Notes: generated by a model from the sequence alone, not told the origin. Counted from the stretch's first letter, positions 24,465 to 38,364 are shown. The stretch: DNA of 59,392 bases from Octopus bimaculoides (GCF_001194135.2 NC_068982.1:94986640-95046031); one strand, 5' to 3'. A program made the numbers and translations.

Positions 24465-24897
24465 TTACTGGATTCGTAAAGCTCTTATTCAACCCCTTTA
24501 ATTCCTGATATCATTTCTATTCTTATATGTAAACATACGTACGTTTTTCTGTATTAAATGTATTTAATATTTTTTGTGTATCGACTTGCCTAACTTGCTT
24601 ATCCTTACATTTACTCCTCTACCTGCTCAAGTTTAAATCTCTTGAGCACTACGAAGTGTATTCTATACTGAGAATACTTGTCTCTAATGTATAAGCTAGA
24701 TGTATGTACGTACGTACGTACGTATGTATGTATGTATGTATGTATGTATATGTATGTATCGAAGATTGTATAGGACAGTGAGAATGAGTGCTCTACATCC
24801 TATTTGGTGCATAAATATTACCTGTTCGCTGGAAATTTGTACAAATTGTCCCCATATAAAACCATTGGTAGTATTGTAACACTACAAATAAAGTATA

Positions 24898-25052
24898 GGC
24901 GTGGTTGTGTGCTAAGACGCTTCCTACCCAACCACATGGTTCCGCGTTCAGTCCCACTGCATGACACTTTGGGCAAGTGCTTGCTACTATAGCATCGTGC
25001 CGACCAAATCCTTATGTATGGATTTGGTAGACGGAAACTAAAAGAAAACCCG

Positions 25053-25093
<41 letters not shown>

Positions 25094-25365
25094 TGTATGT
25101 GTGTGCGTGCGTGTGTCTGTGTGTCTGTGTCTGTGTCTTTGTGTATGTGTGTCTGTGTGTGGGTGTGTGTAAGTGTGTGTATGTCTTTGCATCTGCGTGC
25201 GTACCTCCGTCACCGCTTGACAACCGGTGTTAGTGAGTTTACGTCCATGTAGCTTAGCGGTTCGACAAAAGAGAACGAAGGGATAAGTATTAGGCTTTAA
25301 AAATAAGTCCTGGGGTCGAGTTGTACGACTGAAATCCTTCAAGGTTGCAGTCAAGAGACTGAAGC
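24898..25365 (+). mobile_element. tRNA-derived SINE, family B, with internal (TG)n
   Basis: Head GGCGTGGTTGTGTGCTAAG, B-box-like GTTCAGTCCC, core CTTTGGGCAAGTG...CTACTATAGC...CCGACCAAA; collinear with the copy at about 52190-52575. Confidence 0.8.
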
Positions 25366-25389
25366 AACTAAAAGCCTATATACAAATAT

Positions 25390-25448
<59 letters not shown>

Positions 25449-25499
25449 CCTGTGCATGTATGTATGCATGTATGTATGTATGTATGTATGCATGTATGT

Positions 25500-26950
25500 A
25501 TAGAGGCGAGTCATCTTGCGCTTCCATGATTTTCAAGTGTTTTAACACCCGGCGCTTTGAGAGAGTATTCTCCATCACTCCATATGAAGATTACCGGCAA
25601 ATATGTCTTGCAAACAACTAGCACATCGAAGTGCTCCCAGTCGAGAACTCCGCATACTGGAAGCCAGCAAGTGTATGGGATCATCAGGAGAGAGCCTACC
25701 TCTCGACGACATCAATGCGCACATATGAAGCCCCGCTTGCTTGATCAACTGGTTGCTAAAAAAAAAAGCTCAATAGTTATCTAGCCATCGCTCGTCGTCT
25801 CTTTTTAACCAAATCCAGTGGCTAGCCTTCTCCACTGTAGTTTGGATATCACTCATGGTGGTATTTACCTTACGATGAGTTAAGTCTAACGATTACAGCA
25901 GTTGTCAAACACTGTGTCAAACAAACCCTCTACACCCAACTTCGATTGGAAAATGCTCCCTTTTCCAGCCTACGTCTACACATTTCTCAGGGAGGTTTAC
26001 ATAACGGTCAACCTTTCGAGCCCGCGCGGTATCCGTGTTATCTTCATGAGGAACCGTTAACTCAACTAGATTTACTACTTTCCTTCTTTCACACCACATT
26101 AAAATGTCCGGTTTTTCCATAACTGGGATGGGAAAGAATCCCTGGCACCCAAGTAAATTTGCAGTCACTTCCCAATAGTCGTTCCACTTTTCATCTCTCA
26201 CAGGAAGTTTCTTGTTCTTCTTCTTCAAATGGATCCGCTGACCTCAGTGCACGAAGATAACTTTCAGGACCAGTTTGTGTCTCCATGTATACCTATTCAA
26301 TGCTAAGGGACAGTTGGAAAGAATATGTTTCAGTGTTCCAACCATTCCGCATTAGCATATGTCATTCTCTGAGACATTCCATCTTACTAGATTCGTACGT
26401 GACGGCAAAACATCATAAGATGAACGAATGAGAAAACTTAGCCGAGATGTCGTCCACTTCCATATCTCATCCCAACGTATTTTCCTCTCAACAACATGTT
26501 CTTCCCATCTCTTCATCTGTCCTTGTTGACTATATGTGATCAAATGAAGCTCTCTTTTCTCTACTTCTCTTGTTTTGACGCTGTTGCTAACAACAGATCT
26601 GCGTTCGCTCCGCATCATACTCGCAAACGGCCTGAACTGATCTGCGCCAAAACCAAGTCCTCTCCAATGGTTCTGTGTTGCACCCACCATATCTCTGTGT
26701 ATAAGAGAAGACAAGATGTCATCAGTCTCTGCTTCTGCTTTCCACTTCCTGGCTGTTTTCACCTCTGGTGGGTTAGGACTGATTTCCATGTCCTTCGATT
26801 CTCTCAGCATCATCACCGTCTGTACCTTCCCTAGTTTGTATATTTCGACTATTGACGCTAGTGGTAACTGCAACGAATGTCTTTTACGATAAAGAGCTGA
26901 ACTGTTCAACATCCGAAGTAGGCCTAGCCCCTTTCTAATGAACACATTAC
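25500..26950 (-). mobile_element. 5'-truncated HERO-like (R2/NeSL group) non-LTR retrotransposon with REL endonuclease
   Basis: Post-RT region (LSFLIRSSYDVLPSRTNLVRW), C...HILSNC knuckle remnant, REL KPDILMW...VELTVPHEDN...FPIEVGCRGF, C-terminal VEKASHWIWLKRDDERWLDNY with stop at 25770-72, then about 270 nt of 3' UTR ending in (ATAC)n. Confidence 0.85.
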
Positions 26951-26999
26951 ATTTTTGTTCAATGATCTGAACTCATGACAAGGCTACCTCGTATATTAC

Positions 27000-27139
27000 A
27001 TCGACGCCAGTGTTTCACTGGTACTTAGTTTATCGACCCCGAAAGGATGAAAGGCAAAATCGATCTCGGCGGAATTTGAACTCAGAACATGCAGACGGAC
27101 GAAATGCCCCTAAGCATTTTACCCGGCGTGCTAACGATA
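27000..27139 (-). mobile_element. SINE family A fragment
   Basis: TTTATCGACCCCGAAAGGATGAAAGGCAAAATCGATCTCGGCGGAATTTGAACTCAGAAC. Confidence 0.85.
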
Positions 27140-28299
27140 TCATGAAATTATAATTAACAGAAACCAACAATGAATCAGGAATATAAAGTTACTGGTTACA
27201 GATACAGTTCATGCGAGAGGAAAATGAAAAACATCACCCATTCTTATACTTCTATCATTTGTATAAACTGTTACCCATCATGGGCAGTGCCCAAGCGCTC
27301 AGGGAACCGAATTCTCTTTCAGATAGATATGATGCTACTTTTTATCACCCTAACAATTTTGCAAAATGCGTAAATTCATTATAGTTACAATTATCCTACT
27401 CTTAATCACAATAAAATGATACATCTAAAATAATATATTTTCTCCGTTTGCTAATTTGCCACGGGATGAGGTCATATATTTTACTAACGCCTTTTAATAA
27501 TAAAGACAAGAGAATGTGAGGAGTAGTAGTGATGACATTTTGTTTCCTATCTCGCCTTCTACAACTTGCATGAATTCCGATATTACATTTCTTTCTTCAA
27601 TATTCAATAAAATAAATACCAGGTCTTTTTTCCTTTCAAATGTTATTAATCATATGCCAATATAATCAACTATTAATTTCACTCCAAGATACATTCACTT
27701 TTGACACGAAATTATCAAACCTCTGTTGATATTTGAATAATTTATCTTTAAATTTCAAAAGCATTTTTCTGATTTTATTTCATAAATGTTGTTTTATCTG
27801 AGATATCTAACACATTTTCCATTCATAATTTGGAAATACCTTAGGGTTTTTGTCCAACTAATTGACGTTGAAATTAAAGTTCTATATTTTTTATTAGTTC
27901 AGTATAATTAAGGCGTTTTTTTTACCAATTATAAGGCCATTAAATACGAAGATATTCTAGGAAATGAGAAAAGTAAATAAAATATTAAATATATTTCTAA
28001 CATGTTATTTTGTAAAGAAATCGATTCTTAAATACAGTCAAATATATAAATGAAAGATATCGCGTTTATGAATGCAATGATATGTAATTATTTGTAATTT
28101 AATATAGCTGGCTGTTTCTAAGTTCAATTAACTTCAAACAAGACGTTTGAAAAACACTTTTGGCTAAATTTATTTAGACGTTAGAATTTAATAAATATTC
28201 AGAAATATGAAATAACGGTAAAATAGATCAAAATATAAAATCATATATTTTTTCTCTTAAACCAAAAGGAACTTTTTTGATGCTTATCAGAGAAGATTC

Positions 28300-28643
28300 G
28301 GGAAGATTTTCAGAAACACAGTTAAAAGAAGGAATATGAGATCTGATAAACTGTTTCTCACACTGTCTCGTCAGTTAAACAGTTAAATCAATGACCGCTA
28401 GCATTTGTGAAGACAAAGTTATAATCAGGATTCATGTTAATACTGCTAATAAAAAAGGATTTTAGTGTTGTTATTGAAATCAGCTCTTTCCCAGTCAGTG
28501 ATCTTCTTCTTAAAATAAAAGATAGAAAAGAGTTTTGCCTTAAGAGCTATAACATTGTATGAAATTGATTTGACATCGCCATACTCAATCATCATATTGT
28601 CGACTATAAATTTCACCTGGTTGATAAAGAGTAATTGCAGCAA
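28300..28643 (-). mobile_element. Possible hAT (Charlie/Buster-like) transposase relic, C-terminal part
   Basis: NVIALKAKLFSIF...ITDW loosely resembles KIxAFxxKLxLW; weak. Confidence 0.25.
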
Positions 28644-28696
28644 AACCTGTCAATAACCTGAGTTCGTTTATTGAATTAGAAAGGATAGAGCAAAAT

Positions 28697-28835
28697 AATT
28701 AACTTTGCAAATGGTATCGTCTATTTCATATCCCTTGTGAAAAATTAACCTTTTCCCAAATCAAATTAACTTTGCAAATGGTATCGTCTATTTCATGTTC
28801 CTTGTGAAAAATTAACCTTTTCCCAAATCAAATTA
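28697..28835. repeat. 67-bp tandem duplication
   Basis: AATTAACTTTGCAAATGG...TTTTCCCAAATCA at 28697 and 28764, 2 mismatches. Confidence 0.95.
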
Positions 28836-29299
28836 CTCTTATTACACCGTTTTATACTCTAATAACACGGATCCCTTAGTGATTACCACCTCTTACCCGT
28901 CACTCACATCTCAAATTTGTGCACTTTCAGCATTGTTTTCAGCCCGACACTTTTTCCTTAGCTCTATCTTTTTATATCATAAGTATCTTTCTTCCTATTT
29001 CACACTGCCATAGAGATTCTTCTTCTCCAATATATACTCCTGTTTAATTCACATTCAGCAGTTCATTTATTTTATTTACCAAATATTACTATTACTCCTC
29101 TCCCACACTTCTTTTCTTTAACTTACCAGTTCGCATTCTTCCTCGCTCTGTCCCTCTCTTTATCTCTGAATTCCTATCATTCAGGAAAGTTTGACGTCCG
29201 TCTATAAGACAACTGCCTCAGGTTTAATATGACTTTTACAGCCGCAGCAAATACAATGTGTTTTAAAGTTTTGATCACTCACTCCAAACCATAAATGAC

Positions 29300-30920
29300 A
29301 TGTAAAGCAAAGGAGACACATGACAAAGCATTGTAACTCACTTTATTTTGAAGATTTTGAATGTTGTGGCCTAATATATCTCCCAGATTAACACCCTCAC
29401 CAGGTAATCTATTATGCTTAGAAAACCCAGATTCATTTTCAAGCATCTTCCGTGAATGTGCAACATGATATCTTGACGCAAAGCTTCTTACAAAGCTTTT
29501 TATTGGGTGTTACCACTGTTTCTTAGAGTATGCAAGTGAAAATACATCCTAGAGAAGACGTGTCACAATATTTGATACAGGCTTGTGACAGAAAACTATA
29601 TTCGGGGGTCTACAACATTCACATTGTCCAGTTTAAGCTGGATATCAGCTACCACTTATTACTAACATCTTCTTCCAGATACAAATCCGTCATACCCTCT
29701 CTATAACTCTACTCTGTTCTCTGTTCGCCACGCTACAATCTCTATTTGAAATTCACATTGAAAATGAAGTGTTGCTTGCAATTACATAGAATTAATGTTC
29801 TCCAACACTCACTTCTTTCACTAAGACTTCAGCAAAACTACATTTAGTTATACAAACGCAAAACGTTTAAATTGATTTGATGTCTTTAATGTTTTCCACC
29901 ATCCTTGTCCTACACCGAATGAATATATTTTGCATCACTCTTCTCTGAAGCCTTATCTCACAGTCTCATTACTACTCTTAGATTTCACAATCATCCCACA
30001 CCAACGATATATATAGAGAAACCGAATCAGATGTGATTCCGATCTCTCTGCATCGGCTATTATCACCACTTACTCGTATCCTTAATCGATATACTCTCAC
30101 TACAAACATCACACATCTCTTACTCACTTCCCACAAAAGCCAGGTTTCTAAACATTATTACAGCATGTCATTATTAAATCATGCGAACACCTTATAGTCG
30201 TAAACACCCGCCACCCACCACGCATTTACATATACTACAGTTACTTCTGAATCCTATGATGCTACAAGGGAACAAACTTCTCTGAGTTTCAAGCTAACCG
30301 TGGAAGCAAATGTGCTTTCATATACCTGGATACAATTATGCGCCACTCCTGACCAATCAAAGAATATACCATGGACTGAAATCCCTATATAAATAATGTT
30401 CGTACGCATAATTTATAAAACGAAAACCACTTGTCTAAGTCCACCAAGTGAACGACATGCAGCTGCACTACAGCAGTGTAAATGGTGCTACAACAATCGG
30501 CACTTGAAGAAATTTCCTACATTGGTGTCATATACACGAGATCAAGACATTTCACATAAATCCTGCATTGGGCTCATGAACAGAGACCTCAAAAATATCG
30601 TTGAATAGGGATCTCACAATAGTGTTACTGTTGCAAGATGAACGGCTCAGTCTATACACATTTTAGCTATTAATCTTGTACTAATTACACTCTAGTTTTC
30701 TGCAAGCACTGTTTCGATATCTGGGTCAGTAATGCTACTACATATTCAGATACTCAGAACCACACCTAGGGAATATGTGCTCAACTGGCATGAAGTCACT
30801 CATTACATTTCTTATATTGTACACAAAATCCAACGCCTTGCACAAATCACTACGTCAAGTTCTTTCTTCCCAACACGCTACTCTCATTTTCACTTTCTAC
30901 AGCGTTTCCTGCAGTGATTG
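29300..30920 (+). mobile_element. Possible ancient CR1/Jockey-like LINE relic
   Basis: DVFNVFHHP (cf. GDFNxHH of AP endonuclease) near 29880 and SSFFPTR (cf. terminal SFFPRT) near 30860; heavily decayed. Confidence 0.3.
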
Positions 30921-31149
30921 TTTTACAGTATTTTAAGTAATAAGTTAAGAATATCTGTCATAGAACCCTTGAAAGGTTCACAAAACCACGGTTACAGCCT
31001 TTCCACATATTGAAGCTAATAAAAAGGTGAATAAAAAAACTAAAACTATATTACAATGTTTAGCTAGCCTTCATCTTCAGAAGAAGAGAATACTTCAGTT
31101 CTTATGTGCTAATGATTCTCAACAAACCTCAGTATTACTCACAAAATAG

Positions 31150-31310
31150 TACTGCTATCACATACTGACGGTAACGCTATTAAAAGGAAGGTCATTTAGT
31201 CGATTGCCAAACTTGATGCATCGAAACGCTGCAGCCTCTGGCTGACATATACACTCTTTCACTGTTAGGCGTTCGTTGGTCTTCTGAAATATGTAGTTGA
31301 ATTCTATCTC
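31150..31310 (-). mobile_element. Possible hAT (Charlie/Buster-like) transposase relic, N-terminal part
   Basis: LTVKECICQPEAAAFRCIKFGNRLNDLPFNSVTVS resembles HTIAExLIxPxAxxxxxxxxG...LxxIPLSxxTVS. Confidence 0.35.
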
Positions 31311-34300
31311 GCTTGTGACAACTATCATACTATTGAGATTGCAAACTGCCAGGCACAAAATGTGTGCATCCGAATTTTCAATTTCATTAAACGTTGTTAA
31401 TTACATACAAACACAGGTTATTGAATCCACGTTTACTGCAGGGCTACTTGTGACGTCCATTTTTCCTCCTCGCTATTGCTAATGCTGTTTTCCTCCTAAC
31501 GCTCGAACTAGCCATTTTGTGTAATTCGCACTCTCTCTGGAAAATCGACCTTCTGTGAAGATCATGGTCATTAGCTCTTCTATCTAACTAAACGATAAAA
31601 TAATCAGTTTTTAATCTTTCAATGCCGTTCACATCGTTTTAATAACAACGTGTATCTCTAATTATCTATGATTAATTAAATCGAAAATTTCAGTGCACAC
31701 ACATTCCGCCTGACAGTTTCATAAAAAGGAATGACGCGAAATCATTGCACAAATTCAGTTGATACTACCTTTATGGTCTGTCAAAACTCTTAACTGTATA
31801 AGTTATCCTGATCGTGCTGCTGACATATTGTTCAAACGTTCTGCCGGCCGGAAGAGTCCTATATTCGTTTTTAATAGTATAGTTAATGACATATCGTCAG
31901 TTAGAAAAGGAAGCACTGTATAGCTCACTTTATTGGTTAACTGATTTGTAAAGCTTAAAATTACCTTTTCGCATTTGATTTCTTCACTGCTACATATAAG
32001 TGCTTTCTTGAAAATATCTATGCCTTTGAAACAATCGTTAAACCTGCACCTAATATAAACTTTGGGTAACACATGATGCATGTATTGGTTCAATATCAAA
32101 CTATTGTCTTTATCATAATAAATTCAGTGATGGTAACATTGTCACGCATTTAGACTTGGAATCACACAGAAAACGTTTTGGTTAGAATGGTTATGGTATG
32201 AAACAGTAACGTTCCCAATGAATATTATAGACAAAACATGTACAAAACCCTTATACATATGTGTGTGTGCGTGCGCGCGTCTGTGTGTATGTGTGTGTAT
32301 GTGTGTGTGAGAGAGAGAGAGTGTGTGCGTATGTGTGTTTGTGTGTGTGTCTCTGTCTTCCTCTCTTTCTACATTTGTGTACGCACTCGCGTGTATGGAT
32401 GTGTGTGTGTTTGCGTAATGGGTATCAATAGTTGAACAAAATTGAACACATAACCACCGTGTGGTATTTATTCTATTACGTCGCATTAAGATAATCTTGT
32501 TTTATCCATTTGGATCATAAAAGATCAATAAAATAAACACCAGAAAAAGTACTGTCTTCGATACAATCGACAAAAGTTTTCCAAGGCGAAGCCATTGCAT
32601 TGGTCCATCGACTAAAACTAGTAAAAGAATAAAACAAATTAAAACTTTTATCAAATCTTTACAAATTACGCAATGGTTGTTTTCAGTCCCTTGTTTACCC
32701 TTCAATCTAAAACATAATTTCCGTTTTCACCCTTACAGTTCAAATGGCAATTTCTTCTCATTAACTCGTTTTCCGCAACATCTATTTTCTTTTCCTTTTC
32801 AGGCGCTTTAGTTATTTTAATATATCAACATCCTGCCATCATAATTCTTTCTCGCTCTTATTAAAATACTTAGGTTTTATTTCGTTCTAAAATATTTAGG
32901 TTTTATATCGATTTAAAATCTTGTCTACTTTATAGGCTTCTTTAAATACCTTTTGGTATTTTTCATAAATATTGTTCATTCTATTTTCATTTCCAGTCTC
33001 TCATTTACATAGTTCTAGCTATTTCTAAATCGTGCTATTGCATATATTGATACTAAAACTTTATTCCGTATTTACATATTGTACACCTGAATCCTTTTCA
33101 CTTGTAAAACTTCCATTTCGTTTATAATTTACGATCTTAAATGAGATATTAATATCAACCCATTTAAAATGCGACAAAATATTTACGTAATCTGAATTCA
33201 TTCTATGTGAATTTCTAGTGCAAATCGCCCTTGCTCCGGAATTATATCTCACTAGACCAGATGTGGATAATTAGAAGCAGAAATATATTGATATTAAAGT
33301 CATCAATGGACAATAATATTGTATTCTAACGGGATTATGTGTTGGAAAAATTAACCACTATTGTCTTTAAAAAGGGCGTTTTAGGCAATCTAACACAACA
33401 TACAAAAAAACGTCATTGATGATAGATCTGTTCAATCAGTGTTAACATGAGACAAAACATGAGCAACAATGTCAGCATCTTTTCTTGTGTTACCAAAAAC
33501 AAAGCATCTGCCAATTAATGGTATTTCATCCGCCGCAGCATGTTATAAATCGAAATTAAATTTGATAGAACATTGATGTAAATAAATACAATGGCTATCA
33601 TTTTCGAATTATTTGTGTCAAAAAGATTCTTTACTGTCCCCTTATAACATTTACCAAGAGTTATTTTGAAAGAATAATGTAATGTAATGATTTGCTTCGA
33701 AAACAAAATCGTGACATTTAAAGCATTAGAATTTATAACAACTACATAAAGTTCATTCTAATTAAAAACAATATAATAATGTACGATTGTTTACGATAGT
33801 AGCAGAGAGCTAAATGGGTAGTTTGTGGGATTAGTAACCAAGGACTTACTGAATATAATACTTCAATTATTTTTAACATCGTGGCTACAGTCAAAATATT
33901 TAAATACATGGTGGTCAAGTGCACTTATCTTAGACTAAAAACTACAAAGTTGACCTGCTTGTTGTAATATGAAAACTGCGATCGTTTCACTGTCTGGCAC
34001 TGGTGAATTTATTTTATTCTATGCATAAGTTTCACTGGGTTGGGACTTGGTAAAACCTATGCACCATAATTTGACTCCACCAAAACATTGAATTTACTTT
34101 TTATTACATATGAATTAAGATAAAATTTTGAATCAATGATTATGTTGATATATTCTGCGATTGAATCAGAGTTTTTTTTTTCTCGCTTTATTCGTCTGGG
34201 ATCAATAAAACATTTTTAATAGCTTCTAATTTAATCATGGATAGATTCATTGACAACATCTAAAATCAAATCATTCCAGTCGTGTTCATTTTCTTTTTCT

Positions 34301-34313
34301 ATTACATATCTAT

Positions 34314-34488
34314 TGTGTAACATTAAATCCTAGAGAATTTGTTTGGTCTCACGAAATTTGAGCGCCCCGATGTGTGACGAGAGCTAGCAATTCCAGCTGT
34401 AGCTCCCTGGTGGATTAATGTTCTAAGCTGAAACATTTTTAAGTCCAAACTTAATGACACAAATTCTCCTGGATTTAATGTAACCACA
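34314..34488. mobile_element. MITE-like element with about 23-bp inverted termini
   Basis: 34320-34342 ACATTAAATCCTAGAGAATTTGT versus the reverse complement of 34459-34481, 21/23 matches. Confidence 0.5.
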
Positions 34489-34776
34489 GTTGACAACGCA
34501 GACGGTACAGTGATCTTTAAAAGATATTTGTTCGTTTATAGACTCCCTTGCTAATTAGAACATGTGAAAGTAATCTACTGATCTCTCTTTTCCTATACAC
34601 CTTCCCTAAAATATTTTGGTTTTGTACCAAAAGTTATAAAGCAAAAATCTCTAAAAAAAAAAAGCAAAAAAATTATCGAATAATGATAAGCACAAGATAT
34701 AGGAAAGTTATTCAAACTTTCAGATAATTTCCACTATGTTAGTAGAACATATCTTATGTAGTATAAAACGAAAGAT

Positions 34777-34988
34777 GGCGGCATCCTGGCAGAATCGTTA
34801 GCACGTCTGGCGAAATGCTTAGCGGTATTTCGTCTGTCTTTAAGTTCTGAGTTCAAATTCCACCGAGCTCAACTTTGTCTTTCATCCTTTCGGGGTCGAT
34901 ATGTTAACTACGAGTTGCGTACTGGGTCGATTCAATTGACTCGCCCCTCCCCAAAAATTTCGGGCCCTGTGCCTAGAGTAGAGAAGAA
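34777..34988 (+). mobile_element. SINE family A, full length
   Basis: Same head, B-box GAGTTCAAATTCC, core and tail as the 5781 copy. Confidence 0.88.
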
Positions 34989-35759
34989 TATAAAAGGCAA
35001 GATTGAAGTCATAGAGTGATTGCGGTGAATAAAAGCAAGATATATGGCAATCGATTAAGTACACATTGAATGCAATAAGTGCATCCGAAATAATCTATCG
35101 AGAACGACGATATAACTAAAAATATTAAAGGAAATAAAATATGGAGGTTTTGTATATATATATATATATATATATATTCGATAAGTACTTTTGAAATCTC
35201 TGCATCCTGGTAGAGATTTTAGTGTGTTGTATGTTTTTTGTGTCACGTGTAGGATTTTTTGTGTTGTGGTGGTGTTGTGCGTCGAGGATTGTTTGTTTTG
35301 ACATTGTCTTCTGTTATGTTGGTTTTGACCTAATGTATTGCATTAAGTCTGATGTGTTTGTGCAGGAGTTGTGTTTTCGGGAGTAGTGATTCTCCTTGAT
35401 TTGATTGATTGCGTGCCTTTTCTTTTCTTTCCCCATACTTTTCTCCCCACCTGTAGCCATTTGACATTCTTCTGTATCATCTTCGTCCGACGACATGTGG
35501 GAAGAATCAGAAGAAGCCGGGGTAAGGGTATTGGGATCAATTTGTGTGTGTGCTGTTATTGATGTTCCTGTTATTGGTTGGTGGTTGTTGAGATGTGATG
35601 TATGTGTTGATGGGGATGGGGGTTAGTTGGAGGTGGTGATTTTGTTGGTATTGCCTCAGTACTTGGTGGCGCTGATGGTGGTGTTGTTTAGTTGGGCTGG
35701 CTTTTTTGTTGGTGGAGTTCTTCCATTTGCTTTATCAGTTATGCTGCTGGCAGTGTGGG

Positions 35760-35856
35760 TAGCAGAAATCCGGCCGCCCTGTTAATGATGGTGCATAAAT
35801 TGTTTTCAGTCGAAAAACACAACCGTTACTGCCATCGACATCCAAGACGACCAACC

Positions 35857-35857
<1 letters not shown>
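35760..35857 (-). mobile_element. Tx1/L1-like LINE AP-endonuclease fragment
   Basis: RLVVLDVDGSNGCVFRLKTIYAP...GRPDF parallels AFRLVAVYTPTG in the 58123-58524 fragment. Confidence 0.7.

Positions 35858-35941
<84 letters not shown>
35858..35941. repeat. (GATA)n microsatellite
   Basis: Direct. Confidence 0.97.
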
Positions 35942-36507
35942 TGAAGGGTACACGAATCGAAGTTCGTGACTTTAAATAAGATCGTAAGCATGGAGATGAA
36001 AACAATCTGATTTTTCGAAAGTGTCGCCTAATCCGATAAAGAAAAGCAATTTATTTCAACCGATGAGTTTCTGGTAGTTGCTGGAAGATATAATAATCGA
36101 GGGGCGGATGAAGCTATTCTTCAAAGAGTTGCTTATAAGTAATACAATGTAGATGCACGTTAGGGAATTTATATATCAGCAAGAGTTCACCGAGAGATAG
36201 TAAATGTCAGCGAGAGTAAAGATTATATAGTAACTTTTTTTTTTTTTGGCTAAGTTCCTATACTGTGTAGAAAAGAGGTCTTTAAAATTTTGGGAGTGAT
36301 TCTTCACCTGACAAAAAAAGAAATATACACTGAATAGGGTTTTTTCCACGTAGACTACCACAAATTTACTAATTTAAAAGTGCTCTTTGTATACTTAGTT
36401 TTAGCTCCTATCCTCACGTCTTAAATTATATATTCTAAATAGAACCTCAAATCTGTCAGCTGTGTGATAGGAGTTATATCTATATTTCTACATGTGCATT
36501 TGTAAGT

Positions 36508-36574
<67 letters not shown>

Positions 36575-38364
36575 AGAACATTCCTGATTAAACGATCAAG
36601 AAAATCACAATTCTAAAGAGTGTCAATGAGGATTCTGCACGGGTTAAACATAATTGGAGAGCAAATATTTTTATTTTATACATTTAATGTTTAACCGAAA
36701 ATTCTGTGCTTTCAGTAATTTATAAGTAGCTCCTATAAAGCAAAATATACCAACTTTATAAAACGCAGTGAAAGTATTTTAGAATAATTTTTACGAATTT
36801 AATTTTGAGAAGAATTTTGTGAAAGAACTATGTAGGTAGACAGTGTAATGAAACAGTGTCAATGAATGTTAGTTAAAAACATCTACTTTAAAATCAACAC
36901 GCTTTCATATTCAGTTTGTGAAATGCATACACACTTGTAGTATAATCAATTGTAAATATGCAAATATAAGGATAAACAAATTGAGTACTGAATTAATAGT
37001 ATAGATTGAATAGGTATCAACTGCTTGGAATAAGGACAGAATGTCCCAGTTTCATGCTATCCAAATTAAGTGCTGTCGTGCTGCTTTATAACAAACACAA
37101 ACACGATTCGGCCCAGCATCATAAGATTTACGTAATTATAGTAGTTTAAGTGCCGAGCCCTATAAAGCGAAAATTATGAATAAATAAATATACTGAAGCT
37201 AGGCCACGCGGTTAACTACAATGATTCGGATATTTCAATACAATCGAACTGACTAATCATCTTTCATTAAAGGTTCACTATCTAAAGCACTCTATAATCA
37301 GCTGCAAATGTGTATTGAGTAATCCTTTTAGAACATATAGGAAACATTTTACCTCATGGTATATTATCTAATATTCAATACTTAAATCCAGATGTCTGTG
37401 CTATGTAGTAAATATTCCATATATTTTTACTCCAGCCACTGGAAACTATTCGGCAGTTAATTTCAAACTATTTTTCTGAATTCAATGCAGTCATTGACAT
37501 CGATAGTCACACCTTCCTTGTCTCTCGCACTCACACTATACAGATGATGCTGGCGCAAAAGAAGAATGATTTTCTGTTATAAAATCTCATATAAACAGTT
37601 TCTTTACTTATTCGTACTATTGATCGGGACACCACACATATCTTCCAAACACCTTTGATCTTATGTTCAGGTCTGAATATACCTTTAGAGAAGTATTATC
37701 GTTTTAACACCAATAAGATTGTGCTATTACTTTTTCAGTTTGTTGTACAAAACTTCTGCAACTGTCTGTAGCTATTATAGTTTTAAAATCAATTGCAACT
37801 TCTGCAGTTAAACATTCATTCCTTTTACTTCGTTTATTGCAATAACACAGATTTGACTTCGAACAGAATTCTCCATTCATCTAGTCATCACAAGGTCTGC
37901 TTAGCTGTGCGAATCTACTGGTTCCGATAACTTATATTTACTATCAGCTTTGCCACATCTTAAACTACTTAACACCAGTTTAATCTGTGCTGACTAGTTC
38001 TTGTACTGAGCATTTGCTTTATATCATATATGAGTAATTACATATATAGTCTTACGTTTAAGCTGGTTCCCATGCATTTCCCTGAAGAGAAGATTACATT
38101 CTTATCAACATCACCTATTCCTATGGAAGGTATAATTTGTAACCTTCGAAACATATGTCGGAAATAAAAGTATTTAGTTAACATATGCGTTTTACTCCAT
38201 TTACTAAATTTATATATACTCACGTACCCAAAATAACAATGAGTTTCTACCTCATAAACAGGAGTTACACCACAGTCATTTTGTGATCTTGGCTACCCTG
38301 GTATCTATTAACCAATTAATTTTTTCCGAGTTAATTATTAACTAGGAGAAAATAAATACATATA

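Noticed and set aside
25640-25690. Minus-strand CTGATGA plus stem in the HERO 3' UTR as a hammerhead or box C/D snoRNA
   Set aside because: No GAAA after the stem and no suitably placed box D with a terminal stem.
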